64,000 bases of DNA from the NCBI GenBank assembly GCA_000708835.1, contig DF236979.1:124001-188000 (forward strand), read 5' to 3'. Under the pieces are notes generated by a model. It was not told the origin of the DNA and made no database searches. It saw nothing but the letters and a program-made list of their open reading frames with translations. The translations under genes and the position numbers were made by a program. The DNA comes from Klebsormidium nitens (Eukaryota > Plantae > Klebsormidiophyceae). Below are positions 46,820 to 60,400 of the stretch, piece by piece; within the stretch, counting starts at the first letter, position 1; each line of letters begins with the position of its first letter.

Positions 46820-49800
46820 ATGGCCATCGAAGTCAGCCATTTGTCGCCCAGCCCCCTAGCCCCCAGCCCAAGCTGGGGCTTCCTTTCTCCTGCCTTTGGC
46901 CCCAGAATGGACCTCATTGGGCGCTCAAAATCGCGAGGGGGCGGCGGCGGCGAGGAACCCGCCCAGGGTTTTGCTAACCTCCTCCACTTTGGCACTAACC
47001 CGGCAACGACAGGCGGGCAACTGCAGGTGGAGTTTCCGGGGCTAAGCGGGCCGCTGAGCAACCCAGTTCTGGCGCCTACGGCGCTCATCGAGCAAGCAGA
47101 AGCGACAGACACGCAGGGGGGGCGCCTGGCAAAGGGTGGGAGTTCGGGGAGCGACGACGCAGCCAATCAGAGGCTGCCACCTGGTGGTCGCAAGGCGCGC
47201 GTCGGGTTGCCACGTCAGCACGACAAAGCCGGGCCCGAACTGAGCCCTGACCTGCGTGGTTTGCAAAACCTGCCCGGCTTACAAAACCTGCCTGGATTGG
47301 GCCCCCCTAACCAGTATGGCGATTTCAGCCTGGGCGGGATGACATCAGCGGTTGCGGCCCTTCTGAGGGGTTCGCCAGATTTCATGGTTGAGGGGGGGTT
47401 GGGGCAGGGGCTGGCTGGAGGGGGGACTGGCGGGACTGTAACACCGAACTGGCCAGTCTGGGGTGAGAATCCAGAGGAGGACGGGATTGGTCCCGTCTGG
47501 TCGGAGTTGCTCGTGCCACCACCCGCGGGAGAAGGAGAAAATGCAGACGGGACGGGTGGATCGCATCAGGTGTGCAATCTCGATACCTGACCGCTTTGTT
47601 GTTGATAAGCAGACCAAGCTCGTGCGTTTTGGCACTGATCCTGAGGTCCGTTCTGATCCAGAGTGTCGGCCTTCTCTTTTGTTGCGGAGCAAGGAGAGGG
47701 TAAATGGTTGCACCGAAGCTGGGGGCAACTTTCTTGCAAATGTGCTGTCATGTCATACTCGGTATTTGGGATCGCCCTTGGGAGCAACACGCAGGCGCTA
47801 GGATGCAGCGTGGAATTGTGGATTGATCAGGTTGTGATTGATTTAAGGAGCGCCAGCGCACCTTAGATATGCTGGGTAATCTGGTGAAAGTTTTGGCAGA
47901 TTGGCACTAGTCGTCGACTTTCTGCAATCGCAGGACTGCCATTGTAAGTTTACCTGTGCATGTTCTTTTCCTTCGAATCCAGGTTTCATCGTTTCATTCT
48001 GGGGCGGCGACTCGTGCATTGTGAACCCCTTTTGTGACCACAAGGGTCCAAGCGTCCTGCATGGGAATGAAGCGCGCATTCTGGGATCAAAATGGAGAAG
48101 TCCTGATTGAGTGAGTTCCTGACTGATTGTCTGGAATATGTGCAGAGACAAGGAGGCACTGTTGCTTCGTTGTTGGGGGGAGGACGAGAACTGAATCTTG
48201 GCAGCCTCAGCAGGTTTCAGTTGGAAAACAAGCCCTCACAGTCATCGGTAAGTGCTTGGATTTGCCCATCCAAAAAGCTCCTGGATCTGTTTGGCAATGC
48301 TCGAGTTTCGTGTATCATTGTGTTTCTTCCTCTACAATTGTTGCTTATTGGTTTACGCGTGAAACTTCTATGGTGTTTGTGGCCAGTGAGGCCTGTGAAT
48401 GTATTGAGTTTCAAGCTCAGGACATCGTTGACAGCAGCATTTGCAAATGGCAACACATTGAGCCTCGAAGTGCAGATTTGAGACCACAAAATCGCCAGGT
48501 AGGAGGCTCGGATCTAGTTTGTGATGTCTCAAATTGCTGTGGCTCACTCTTATCAAGAGACCGGCCTTTCGATCAGAGGAGCAGACCTTGCGCTCCTTGA
48601 ATCAGGCCCTCAGAAAGGAAGCTTGAAGGGTTCTCGAAATGCAAGGGACGGGCTTTTGAAGCCGGAAATAAACAAAACCTTGACTTGCAAGGCATGCACC
48701 TCTGATTGCAAGGCCGGGGCTTTTTTGTCCTGGAATCTGCAAGGGTCGAAGTGCACGGATCAAGGTGCTCGAAATGCAGGGGAAAACCCTCAAAATGCAT
48801 GGCTTGATTGAAAACATAGGTGCGGGGTGAGCCTAAACTGAGTGTTGAGCGGTTTCTCTGCAAGGATTGTGCTTTTCCTTGGCTTTTGAATGCAAGCAGC
48901 AAGTCTCGAAGTGCAGGGAACAAGCTGCTAAAACGAAGAGGTTGATCTTCGAAATACAATGATGAAGCTTGGATATGCTTTGTCCAAGCATAGTGCTAGA
49001 AGGAAGCCTTCAGAATGCAAGGTTTATGCTAATGAATGGCAAGGGGTGGGGATGAGAAGGGTGTGGTATTTGTCTTCGAAATGCAAGGGGTGAAGAAGAT
49101 GTCACCCTTGATATGCAAGAAACGGAGTTTTAATTGAAAGGAGGCAGTTTTGAATGGTTAGGTGATTCGAAGTGCACTTGTCAGGCTCCCAGACTTGTAT
49201 TCTTGGTGAACTTTTCAGAGTGCACAGGGCAGGCTTTCGAGAAGGATGAATGAAGTCTCAAGATTTGTTGCAACAGGCCATCAGAATGCTTAGCATGAAG
49301 TCTGAGAAGTTTTAGTTGAGTTGTGGAAACTTGATTGGTAAATTGGCGGCCATGCAACTGATAGGTTGCCTGCATTGTATCTTTTTTCATTAATTTTCAT
49401 GCCATTGGACTGCTTCACATCTCTCTTCTTCTTATGTTACATCGAGCTGGTCGTTTCACACAAGATGACCCGTTCATTGTCGGTTTTCTGCTTTACAATC
49501 CTTCTTTGGAGGCCTCGGCTCTGGTCGAAGTACGGTGGCCAGTATGCTGCATCTTCGTCAGTAGTGCTCCATTACAGTTCTGGTTCCTAAAACTGGTCAC
49601 CCAAGCAGTACCCCTGAAAGATGTAGTCACTTTTGGTGTCTTGCGTAGGCTCAGCACTCGCTTTGTTGATTTGTGGTAGACAGATTTTTCAACCTCTTCT
49701 GGAGCAATCTGAAAGTGGTTTGTAATGGGGAATGCCACCCTGCGCTGTAACTGGTGGAGCACGTATTTTCATTCGTAGATTCTCAAGATTCTTGAGGAAG

Positions 49801-52800
49801 ACTTTGTCATTCAGGGCATAGTCTTTCACTTTGCCCGTATCCTGAAGGAGCTTGATCCAACAAGCCCAGGTCTGCAAGAGCTGGACTGTCCAAAGGCATC
49901 TGGAAGGGGCATTGTGTTGCTATAATATCAGTCGGGCTTCAATCGACTCCTCCTCTGCAGAAATCTAGGCCTGACAATGTGGTTTCCATCTCAAGCAAGA
50001 TTGAGGCAAGGTTATCAATGTCACTCCCACTTTCACTTGTTAGACTAGACTCAACTCTAGATTGCGTTACCATGCTTCAGTCCCAAGGTCGGGGCAAGCT
50101 TTCGAAGCCAAGCTTTTTGCCTTGTACAAAGCTTCCAGGAGCCCCTTGTGGCGTGGCAACTAGATCGAAATCAAGTGACTGCAATCCTTCTATCATGTGT
50201 GGAGACTGTTCTGCCTCTCCCTTTTACCCCCTTGGATTGCTTGGGTTCCTTACAGAGTCTCTTTCCCTCTCTTCAATCCGAGGTTCGAAGTTTCGGGATT
50301 GTTGACCAAGCAAGCAATGATGCCTGTACTCTTTCCAGTCCCTTTATCCCTGGGGGGCCTGCTTGAGAATGCTCTTTCTGATTGGGACACTAACTTGTTA
50401 CATTCTCCTCCTCTCAAATCCGACTTTTTGGTAAAATAGATTCTGCTGGCAAGCTGCAGAGAACTTTCTTTCCTTGGACAGATTGTGATGGCCTCGAGAA
50501 GAACCATGACTACAGGGGATTCTGGTCGTTTTGACCGGATCTATGTTACACAACAAGTAGCACTAGCTCACTCGATTCGACATTGCACTCTGCTATTAGC
50601 GACATCCATGTGAAGAGCGAGCAAAAGCTTACCCCCTTAACGCCCCTCACAATGCTTTTCCCCCTTCAACAGTCTGATTCAATGCTCCCTCCTCTTAACA
50701 TCTTTGTACTTAATGCTCCCCCCTTAACATCCGTACTTATTGCTCTTCCCCACTGAACATCCATTTACTTAAAGCTCTACCCCCTTAAACATTCGTACTT
50801 ACTGCGTTCCCCCCCCTTCCGCCGCAGGCCTCGCTCCCCGCCCACTTGCTCATCCCTCAGCGACAGTTCAGGCATGCCCCGGGCGCGCATTTGGTCCAGT
50901 CCCTCCCCCCCACTTCCAGCCCTCTCAAGCCCCCTGGGAAGGAGGAAGACTCTTCAGGGGGGCACCAAAGTCAGGGAGTCCGACACTCCCAGCTCGCGCC
51001 TATGCCAAAGCAACGGCTGAGATGGACCCCCGAGCTGCACGAACGGTTCATAAAGGCAGTGACGCATCTTGGGGGAGGCGACCGTGAGTCTGCAGTCACC
51101 TTTCTCGATTGCAAACGAGCAGACTTGTTGGGAAGAGAGAGCTTTGTCGAGATTTGTTGTCTTCCTATATTTGTGCGGTTGTTTGCTGAGCATTGTCGTG
51201 GTACATAGAGTATGCAACAATTCTAGTCACTTCGATTCTACTTCCTTTCTTTTCGGGTAAAGCCAGAACGGTCAGAGGCCGTGGCATTTGCAAATTTTCT
51301 GACGGCATTCGCCCGTTCATGGCAATTGTAATCAAACCTAGACTCTGGAGCGATATCTCATCTTGGCAAGGTCTCAAGTGCGGTTGTCTCTTGTAACATT
51401 TTCTCACGGGGCTTTCGTAAAATATGGAGCGGACACTCCTTTCAATTCGTCCTTCTCGACGTCCTTTCTTTGAAGAAAAAGCCGTTCTGCTGAATCTGGC
51501 TACAATTCCGATTACCCAAAGAAAAAAACCGGCAGTGAAAGGGCCCGACAGTATCTGGAAACACGAAAAAAGCCAGCTTCGGGCCGATAGGAGGAAGCCT
51601 GACGACCTTTTGGGCCTCGTCTGCTTCAACTTTTGCATGGTCTACAGAATGGATGGCAGGGGCCCCATGAATTTGGTACGATTGATCCAGGCCCATCATC
51701 AGACGGTGATTTCCCTTTGATGCGCCTGGCTGCAGGGCTTACCAGTTCTTTCTGCTATCTGAAAGGGAACAGTTAGCATCAAGGGAAGGAAAATTTCTCG
51801 AAACAGCAACGAATCGGAAGCACAAGCAGACATGCTCCACAAACCCATCCTAACCCCGTTGCTAACCCCACCCAAGTCCTTCATCACTTAAAGCCGAGAT
51901 TAACACAAGGTTCACTTTTATCTGCAGGGGCCACCCCTAAGGGCGTCCTCCGGATGATGGGTGTACAGGGCTTGACAATCTACCATATCAAGAGCCATCT
52001 CCAGGTGCGTTTGATCCCCACCCCCCCTCCTAGTTTCCTCATTACTGCCTCCACTATGGTCGTCCATGGTTCCCACTGTTTACCTGCCCCCAATATCAGC
52101 TTCGTTTCCGTTTTCGCCACTCTCTAGTTTCCTTCTTACTGCCGACGCTATTTACTTCGTTCCTGGTTCCCCCTTTTTGAATTTTCCTTGTTATTGCCCC
52201 CACCTTCAACCTGCTTCCTCTTCCCCCCCCTCTCTAGTCCCCTTATTACTGCCCCCACTGTCAATCTCGTTCTTTGTTCTCCCTCCTTCTAGCTTACGTT
52301 CTTACTGCCTGTACTATCAAGTTCTTTCACTTTTCCATAGCCCCTAAGCCCCTGCTGAATTTTCCATCATTTTCCTCCCCCGCTGGTTTCCCTCGAGAAT
52401 TACCACCTTCTCGATCCATTCAGCATCGTTGATCTCGTCAACTTTTCTTCCGTTCTCCCCCCCTTTCTCTTATTTCCCCGCCTACTCTTCTCGCGTCGTT
52501 TCCCCCCTACTCCGATTCCTTCCCTCCGATGTTTCTTCGAAAGCTCTCTCTCTTTGTTGCCTATATCTGTATGCTCTCCTATCTTCTCACCGATTTTTGT
52601 ATTTGGATGCTGAGCTCAGATGTATCGCCACCTTGTAATGCTACCCGCCATCTAGTCGTGTGCCTTGTGCTCCTGTTGAGTTCAAAAACGCTCCTTGAGT
52701 ACAGCTTTCCTTGTAAGTTGCCGCTGTTTACACATGCGAGCAGAGGGGTTTACTTTGGATGACTTAGCCGTGTCTACTTTTCTTTCTCAGAAGTATCGCT

Positions 52801-55800
52801 TGAACAAGTACGACGGGCCCGAGAGCAGTCACTCGTCGCAGCCAGGACCTCAACACGAAGCAGGTAACGATAACGACATTTTCATGTTCTCCAAACCTTT
52901 CGGAAGAATCTCGCACGTTACATCGGTCGATCCAGCTCTTCCTGGTCTCCTACGATGGCCTTGAGAGCAGACCGAGCACCTCGGTGAGATCGCCGACCGT
53001 TCAACGCGAGCAGTCACTCTTCTCGAAAAAGTGTGTCTCTGGTGAAGGGGTCTCCGAGTTGATTTGAGCATTCAGCGGGCAATTTAACAAGGGAGGGAGT
53101 CGCTTTCGAAACACCGTTGCCAAATGCTTGCCTTACAGAACTGTGCTCCCCCCACATTGTAGCGGAGGCTCCAGAACCGCTTTCATTGCCAGTCTCAAAA
53201 GCGTCGATTCACGAAAGCTCATTTGCTTGGACCCGTTTTCAGGTACTCCGGACTCACACCCCCCCACAGCCGAAGAGTCCTTCAAAGGCCCCCCTAGCCA
53301 GGACAGCCCCCGCGTCAAACCCCCGTCAAAACTCGTCGACTCTGCTAGTACCGAGAACCCCCCTCCCGGAAAACGGCCGTCTAAGGGCAAGCGCAAGGTC
53401 AAAGAAGGGGGCGAGTTGCAGCGCCAGAACAGCGGGAAGAGCTCGGAGCTGAGGAGGCCCCTGCTGACGCGGAAAGGGTCGCTTGACCGGCCGCAGAAGA
53501 ACATGGACGTCATGCAGACGTCATCGCTGAACCTGGCGCACCAAGCGAGCGCGCTCAAGCAGTGAGTCCCGTTCCGTTCTCCTGCTTTCCCTCTTCCGCC
53601 CTTCCGTTTCCCCGTGTGCGACTTCGTTCTGCCGCCCTCCTTTCCGTTCGCCCGTCTCCTTGTTGAATCTGCCTCGTGCCATCTCACACTCTCTTTTCCC
53701 ATACGTCCGTTCCCCTCTGTGCGTTCCTCCACTTTCCATCCTTGCCCTCTCGTGAATCTGCCCTCCTCGCGCGGTTCTTTCGCTTGCCATTTTGTGCTTC
53801 TGCTTTCCCTTCTCTCTCTTTCCTGTGTCTCGCTCGTCCCCTTTCTTGTCTCCATTCCACCACCTTACGCTGCGCTGTTTACTTCTCGCCCCCTGCTGTT
53901 TGCTTTCCTGGTCCCGTTTCCTGCTTCGTTCCCTTCTCTCCTTCTCTTCGTGTACGTCCGGAGACGTACCTGGCCGATCCGCGGTTAAAATCCGAGTGTC
54001 GAGAGGCTTGTCGGCCTCGGTGCGCCGCGTCACGCCAAGTCTCGGGCTGACGTCATCATGTGTACATCAGACAAGGAAGTTCCGAATTTTGAGCTCCGGG
54101 ACATGGGTGTGTTATTTCGGTCACAAAACACAAGACAGACCGCCTGGCCGGAGCATGTCGATGGGCGGCCAACGGCCCACCCCTCCACTCATCAAGGGCC
54201 ACTGGTGATCGATGACGTCACGTCTGACTGCTGACGTCACCTCGTGCAGGGTCCAAGACGCGCAGATGTCGGATGCGCTGCAGATGCAGATGGAGGTCCA
54301 GAAGAAACTGCACGAGCAACTCGAGGTGAGGCCTGGTGCTCTGTTTTGCGAGGTGATTCTTGTTGGGTTTGTTTCTCGTCGTCCAGAGAGGAAAAGCGTT
54401 GGGGGCTGCTCGAGTCGCTCACAGGTTGCAGAGGGCTCCTTATTTTGAACATTGTCGACGGGATCGGGTTTTGGAAAGCGATAGAAGATCTGGGCTCCCT
54501 TTCTTTCTTGGAGGTTTTGAAGTCGTGAAAAGGTTTCGAGACAGCGAGCATGTTCTGACCCAACTTTGCCCAAAGCTCCATGGAGGTTGCTTGATCGGAG
54601 TTTGCAAATGTCCTTTCGTGCTTTACTAGAATCTAAAGGGCACCGTTCGATTAGGGCGCTTGTGTCATGAGATTCGGTCAATGGACGCCTGCAAGAGACG
54701 TCCGAGTGTACGATTTGATCGTCCTCAGGACTGCTGACAAGCGAAGACACCGGCAGAAATCGGATCCTAAGCACCCCTCCAGCCGTTCCGTCGTGCCATA
54801 ACACCGCAGACCGTCCGTTAGGCTGGCCTCCAACTCGTCTTGCTTTACGATCAGAGTCCTGTCCAATCTTGCCAGTCCCTGACTCCTCCCCCCTCCCGTC
54901 TCAGATCCAACGTCAGCTCCAATTGCGCATCGAGGCCCAAAGCAAGTACCTCCAATGCATTCTGGAGGCGCAGCAGAAGGCGTCGCTCATGCTCCAACAA
55001 CAACAGGCCGCCGGGGGGGACTTTTCTGGGGCGCGAGAGGGGCAGCCCTTGCCCCCCATTTCGGCGGCGGGCGCGTTCTCGCTAGCGCTGGAAGGCCGAG
55101 CCTCAGCATCTCTCAAGCCCTTTTCGCTCCCCGACATGGATCTGCAAGCGCCCATGCTGGGCGAGGGGGGTCAGGGTTTCGCTGACGTCAGCAGTTCGGA
55201 GCGGGGGTTCGTGCCGTACGAGGTGGGGGGGGCGGAGCTGCCGCCGAGGAAGCGGAGGAGCAAGGAACTAGAGGCGACGCACTTGCCCCTGGAAGAACCG
55301 TTGCCGCTGCAGCCGTTTAGCGAAGCTGTGGCGCGGATATTGGAGCACGGACCGCAGGGGGCCGAGCTACGGCAGTGGTCCGAGAGAGTTGCCGCGCAAT
55401 CGACGGGCACGACTTCCAGCCTTAGCAGGACTGGGCTCGAAACAGAGGGGCTAGCGAATCTCGAACCGATTGCGAACGCGTGGGAGGTGGGCGGTAACGG
55501 TCTCGGCGACAGCGGCGCGGCCGCGGCCCTCGATCTAGCGGACGAGCACGCCAAGGAGTTTGGGAAGGTGGAAGGCGACCCGTGGCCTGCGCCGTTTGCG
55601 CAAAACGACGTGGACCCGGCTTCGCAACTGGATCGTCAAAATGCGAGGGGCTTTCAGACGGGGGGCCTCTCGGGGGGTGAAGCTGGCACGCGGGGCGGGG
55701 GGCGTGGCAATCACGTGGCACCCAATTCGTACAGTTCCATGATGCCCAGCGAGTTGATCGAGTTGAATGTGCCCCCGCAAGAGTCAGAAGTTGCTTGGAC

Positions 55801-55924
55801 TCCAGAGAACAGCATCATAGAGGATGGGCTGGGGGGCCTAGAGAGCGACCCGACCTTTGGACACAGGGATAACGAGAAAGACGGGCCGGACGACGGGGGC
55901 GATACGCAAAGGCCCACTACGTGA
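46820..55924 (+). CDS. PHL: PHR1-like GARP MYB-CC transcription factor
   Basis: Exons 46820-47569, probable 48146-48247, 50828-51083, 51928-52004, 52791-52863, 53243-53561, 54250-54325, 54905-55924. MYB domain [54 protein letters not shown]; CC domain ALQMQMEVQKKLHEQLEIQRQLQLRIEAQSKYLQ. The start codon and the exon content of 47570-50827 are less certain. Confidence 0.9.
50630..50820 (+). repeat. About 29-bp degenerate minisatellite (about 6-7 units, consensus near TACTTAATGCTCCCCCCTTAACATCC) just before the acceptor of the PHR MYB exon
   Basis: Repeated CCCCTTAAC / TACTTA.TGCTC motifs are visible directly. Confidence 0.7.
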
Positions 55925-57489
55925 TCACCGTTCGTTCGGACATACAGATTGCGGGAGGTTCGGCGGAACCAACGCGCTTAGTGCACCTATGGTCCTAAGA
56001 TCGAGCTTAGCATAGGTTATTTATGAGCCTAGTTGCTCCGGCGCAATGCACGCATGTAAACTTTGTTGAGCTTAGGTGCTTGGTCAACTGCATTTTTTGA
56101 GTTTCTTTGGTCCAGATGGCTTTCTGTGGAAGTGCTCCAAAGTTTGGAAGTGGCCCAAGTTTGGCTGCTGAAGTTTCCCTACGTTATAGACGGTTTGATC
56201 TGGATGCTTGATAAAGCAACTTGTTCAGGCGAGAGAGTAGATTGAAGTAGTACATCAATTGACAATAGATTCCGCTTTAATTTGCCTAGTAGCACTTGCT
56301 CGTAGGCTACGAAAAGCTCTTAGTACCTGAAAGGCCTATGATATAAAGATTTACCACTGTCAGTTGTGGACTTAAGAAAAGGCTATACGTAATCCTTACT
56401 ACATATTGGAAGCTAGAGGTGACTGTAAAGCTCGATAAATTTTGCGAGAGTTCATGCAAAAGGTACTGGTCGCGTGTCCTGACTTTAGATCCTGCAACAA
56501 CTTGAGACCGACTATCAAAGTGAGGTTCAACTGGACTCGTTGCATGCGTCACTTGTGATTAATTGTGCAACAATTATGATGTCTTAAGTAATTGCATCAG
56601 TGCTAGTAACATATGTATTGAATCAATCTTCGCTCTTGAGTTACTCTGCCAGTGCCAGCCGCGCACGCATGATCCTCGGACTCCAAAAAGGACTAAAATG
56701 TATCACCGATCTGGCCCCGGTAATTTAAGGTGAAAATTCACTGCACCTAGGCATGCAGTCCTAGGCCCGCCGAGCTGCACTAATGGCACCCGACTGATGG
56801 CCTGCATGCATTAGCTTTCAAGTGCATATGGGCGTCATAACAGCTGTCCGACCCGGCGCGTTGAGTGACTGCAATTAGAAGAATGCACCCACTTCAATGA
56901 TCATGCAGATACCATATATGCACGTCGATCGTATCGATCATACAAAAGACGAGGCGGCTTATACAAATCTAAAGGCTTACAGCACGCTACTGCACCCAGC
57001 ATGTACGTACGTATGCACGTACAAGTTACTGGTACGAAGCTTGCGAAACTTCATTGCTTAAACCAGGTGTAGTTTATCGTGGTCGACTGGGCTCAGTGAT
57101 TCACGATATTCTGAAGCAACATGCGTGATCAAACGTGGTCCTTTAAGTCAAGCAGATGACTAGCAGCGTATGATCTACATCATTTGAATGACCAAAAGCA
57201 TTGATCTTTACCTTTAGCACGCTACAAGGAGCAACTTCTGGAAGTACCAACGGTCTCCTTTTTTATCCTAGTACGTGGACGTTATAGTACCGTGACCGAG
57301 AAGTCTAAGCGGGAGTCTTCTTAGCTAGCCCAACTCTTCGCATCTCCGCAGAGAGCCTGAGGTTGACTTCCTTGCGAAGCGGTTCCGCACGCAACTAAAT
57401 ATTTAACCTGTCCTACTGAAACGTCGACTGTCATACGTTGGCTTGATTACAAGCCGTGCGATTGAAGTGGCAGTTGAGGCCCTGGGTTT

Positions 57490-60400
57490 CTAGTGTGCTG
57501 CAATGGCGGACTCGGCATCTTTGCGTTCCTGCCATTCCTTAGGGAATCTGCACAGAATCGACAAGCATAACTCAGCGCGGGAGCCACGTGGACAACCACT
57601 CGCTGCCAACTTTCGTAAGACTCTTTTCAGAGAATGCAGATTAGTAGCCTGCAACAATCTTGACGCAAATGGAGGCGATGCCCTCTGATATTGACTCTAA
57701 TCGACCTAAGAAAGGAGTTCAGAGTCGCGTAATCGACACGAAACGGGAGGAACGGAACGGAACGGAACGGAACGCCGCACCTCTGCTTCACCAGCGCCCC
57801 GACCTCCGCTAGCGGGATGGCATCGTTGAAGACGGCGGCCTGCGACAACGGGCAGTGCAGCGTGACGTCAAACAGGATGAGCATGACGTCAGACATCTTA
57901 CTGCTCTCAGGCGGAGGATTTGAGTGCACGTTCTATAGGAAATCATGCGGAGCCACCAGCCGCACCGTCGCCACTGTCAAGCTGCGAACTTGAGAGGGAC
58001 TGACGCAGCCCCTCTCTAAATTGCGGCTGTCATTCGTTTCGAAGGTGCGCCAATGAGAAAGTTCTCGCTTCATCTGCCAGCAAAGATTGGTGTGCTTTCA
58101 ACGAACTATGAGGCCCTTCGTACACCGAACGAGATGAAAGGGTGGTTTACGTAAGCTCGATTTGGTTCGGAGCATTCTATGTCATTGGATATCCTTGTGG
58201 ATCTCGCACGTAGCGACGACAGAACAACGGCAGATGAAGAGAACTAGGGAGGGCAGTCGGGTAGCCACCTTCTTGGAAGGACTCATCGCAACAATGCCAG
58301 AATATTCGAAAGGAGCAGCGAAGAGGGAGAAACGAAGAGGTATTGCTGTTCGCACGAGCTCTTTGTTCCTCAACAAGAGTGCGCGAACTTGAGCCACGGA
58401 TCGCCGGAAGCAGCCAACGGAAGGGCTCAGCTCTGCGCAGAAAACTTCCAAATCGAGAAGTTTGAGGAAGGTACTAGTAGGAAAGAAGACGTGTTCCAGC
58501 ATAAGACGTCCCTCCTTATCGGAACGGCAAAAGAAGGAAGACACGAGTAGATTTGATGTATCAGGGTTCACCTGTCGGCACATGGGGCATCGTCGGATTG
58601 GCTGCGCGTTTTCTAAAGCCTTCGGTTTGTTGGGGTCGACGCGGGCGGCCATGCATGCGCAGGAGCGGCAAAACACGTGGCCGCACTTGAGGCCGACCGG
58701 ATCGAACAGCACGTCCTGAAAGCACGGACATTGACTGATCGAGCGGCAAAACTTTTAATCTGAGTATAATTCACAGAGGAGATTTACCATGTCACACAAG
58801 GGGGCATCACAAGCGAGGGAAAGAAACGTCTTGGAAAAAGAAGGCCAGCAGTACTACAGCGGAACCAGACTACGAGAAATAGAACGGACTATCAAGAGCG
58901 GGCTATGACTGATTAATCTAGGTATTCGCAAAGGCCGGGTTATGTTGCTCTGATGCATCACTGTCGAAGATCTCGAAGCAAGTTTCTCAGAACGTCAACA
59001 GGACCAGGCAAGGTTGCTAAGGTTTGGAGTTTATCCATGAAGTTTATCCATGGTGTCAACGAAACTATGAAGAGGTGTCAACGAAACGATGATTTCCTCT
59101 GATCTCTTGCAACACAACCATTTGGCTACACCGGTTGTGTATCCCGCTGACCCCCCAATCCACTCACCAAACACAGCGCGCAGTTCAGTTCCAGGGGGTA
59201 CGGCCCAGGCAAAGTCTCCTCTCCAACCACCCCCCCGGCGCAGAGCACCCCCTGCCGCGCGAATGACGAGCATCGCTTGCTGAGCTCATGTGCAATCTTT
59301 TCGTCCTGGGGGCTTTGTATATTCAGGCTTGAGTGCAGCGCTTCGAGCTCGTGGAGAAGCGCACGGTCGACCAAAAAGCTGTTGCCCTTCTCTTTGCGCA
59401 TAACGCGTTGCATGTACTCGCGACCCGCACCTGGAGGAAGGGAACAGTGGAGATCAAGTTGAATGTGTGAGGCCTACGGAGTGAATGCACGTCTACGCCC
59501 GGAGCTTTGCGTATGAGAACCATCCTTTTGCCAGTCCTTGCCTGTTTCTATCAATGTATGTGGCAAGTATAACACTGCTGATCAAGAATGTGGCTATGGC
59601 TCTGACCGGTTCGTTGTGGTTACAGGCTGACGGAACTTTTAGTGGTACGACAAAAATCTGTACAGAATTTGGATTTACAGTCTGAAATTGAGGCTTGCTG
59701 CAAGAAAGGGGCCTCCCAGAGGGCTCCAAGATGTCCAGGGCTCCTAAGGTGTTCAGGAAAGATGACAGCAGCCATAACTGGAGGTCCCCCTATCGGGCAT
59801 TGCTTTGACGTGCTAGGCGATACAATCCTGTATCAGTGCCTTTCGTGGACGTTGCCAGATCTTTGTTTTAGCAGAAGGTCTCGCGGAAAAGTAGAACCTC
59901 TTGGTGATTGAAGGGCCACCAAACCCACAATCTCAACACCTTTCAAAGGAAACGCCTGAACGTATGGGGCATGTACTTCAAAATCTTAGAATGCATTATG
60001 CAGACAACTGAGGTGACAAGAAAGGGCACAGTGTAGGAAAAGAATGAGAGCATTGAAACTACACTACGGGGCAAGAAGAGTCCTTGATGTACTGAAAAGC
60101 AACAAGCAACAAATCAGCAAGAACAACTCAGTAAGAACACAAGAAGCAGCCAGAACCAAAAAACTGCTAGAAAGAGCAACCTGCACTCTTCTCAGTCGCA
60201 AAAAGACGCTGAGCAGAGTTCTGAGTAGGTACAAGCATCAAAAGAAAGCGTACTCACCTGTTCTGTGGACCTTATCGTACTTCTTGCACACTTTCCTCAC
60301 CGCGAGCGCGTTCACGTGCGCAAAGTCCACGAGCTGGCGCACCTGCTCCGCCAGCTCAGCGTCGGTTTCCACTTGTGGGGGCCGCGGCGCCTTCTTCCAC

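Noticed and set aside
49689-49877. Protein-like antisense ORF in a PHR intron (also 1478-1774 in ME intron 1)
   Set aside because: No recognisable domain, start context or splice support.
53133-54033. Long Arg/Glu/Lys-rich antisense ORFs (240 and 170 aa)
   Set aside because: They are by-products of the CT-rich PHR intron and a GC3-rich exon on the opposite strand.
58188-58195. P1BS (GNATATNC) sites as evidence of a PHR regulon (also near 13476, 15852, 27939, 39423)
   Set aside because: About 15 are expected by chance in 64 kb, and I saw no clustering in the NLA or nucleotidase upstream regions.
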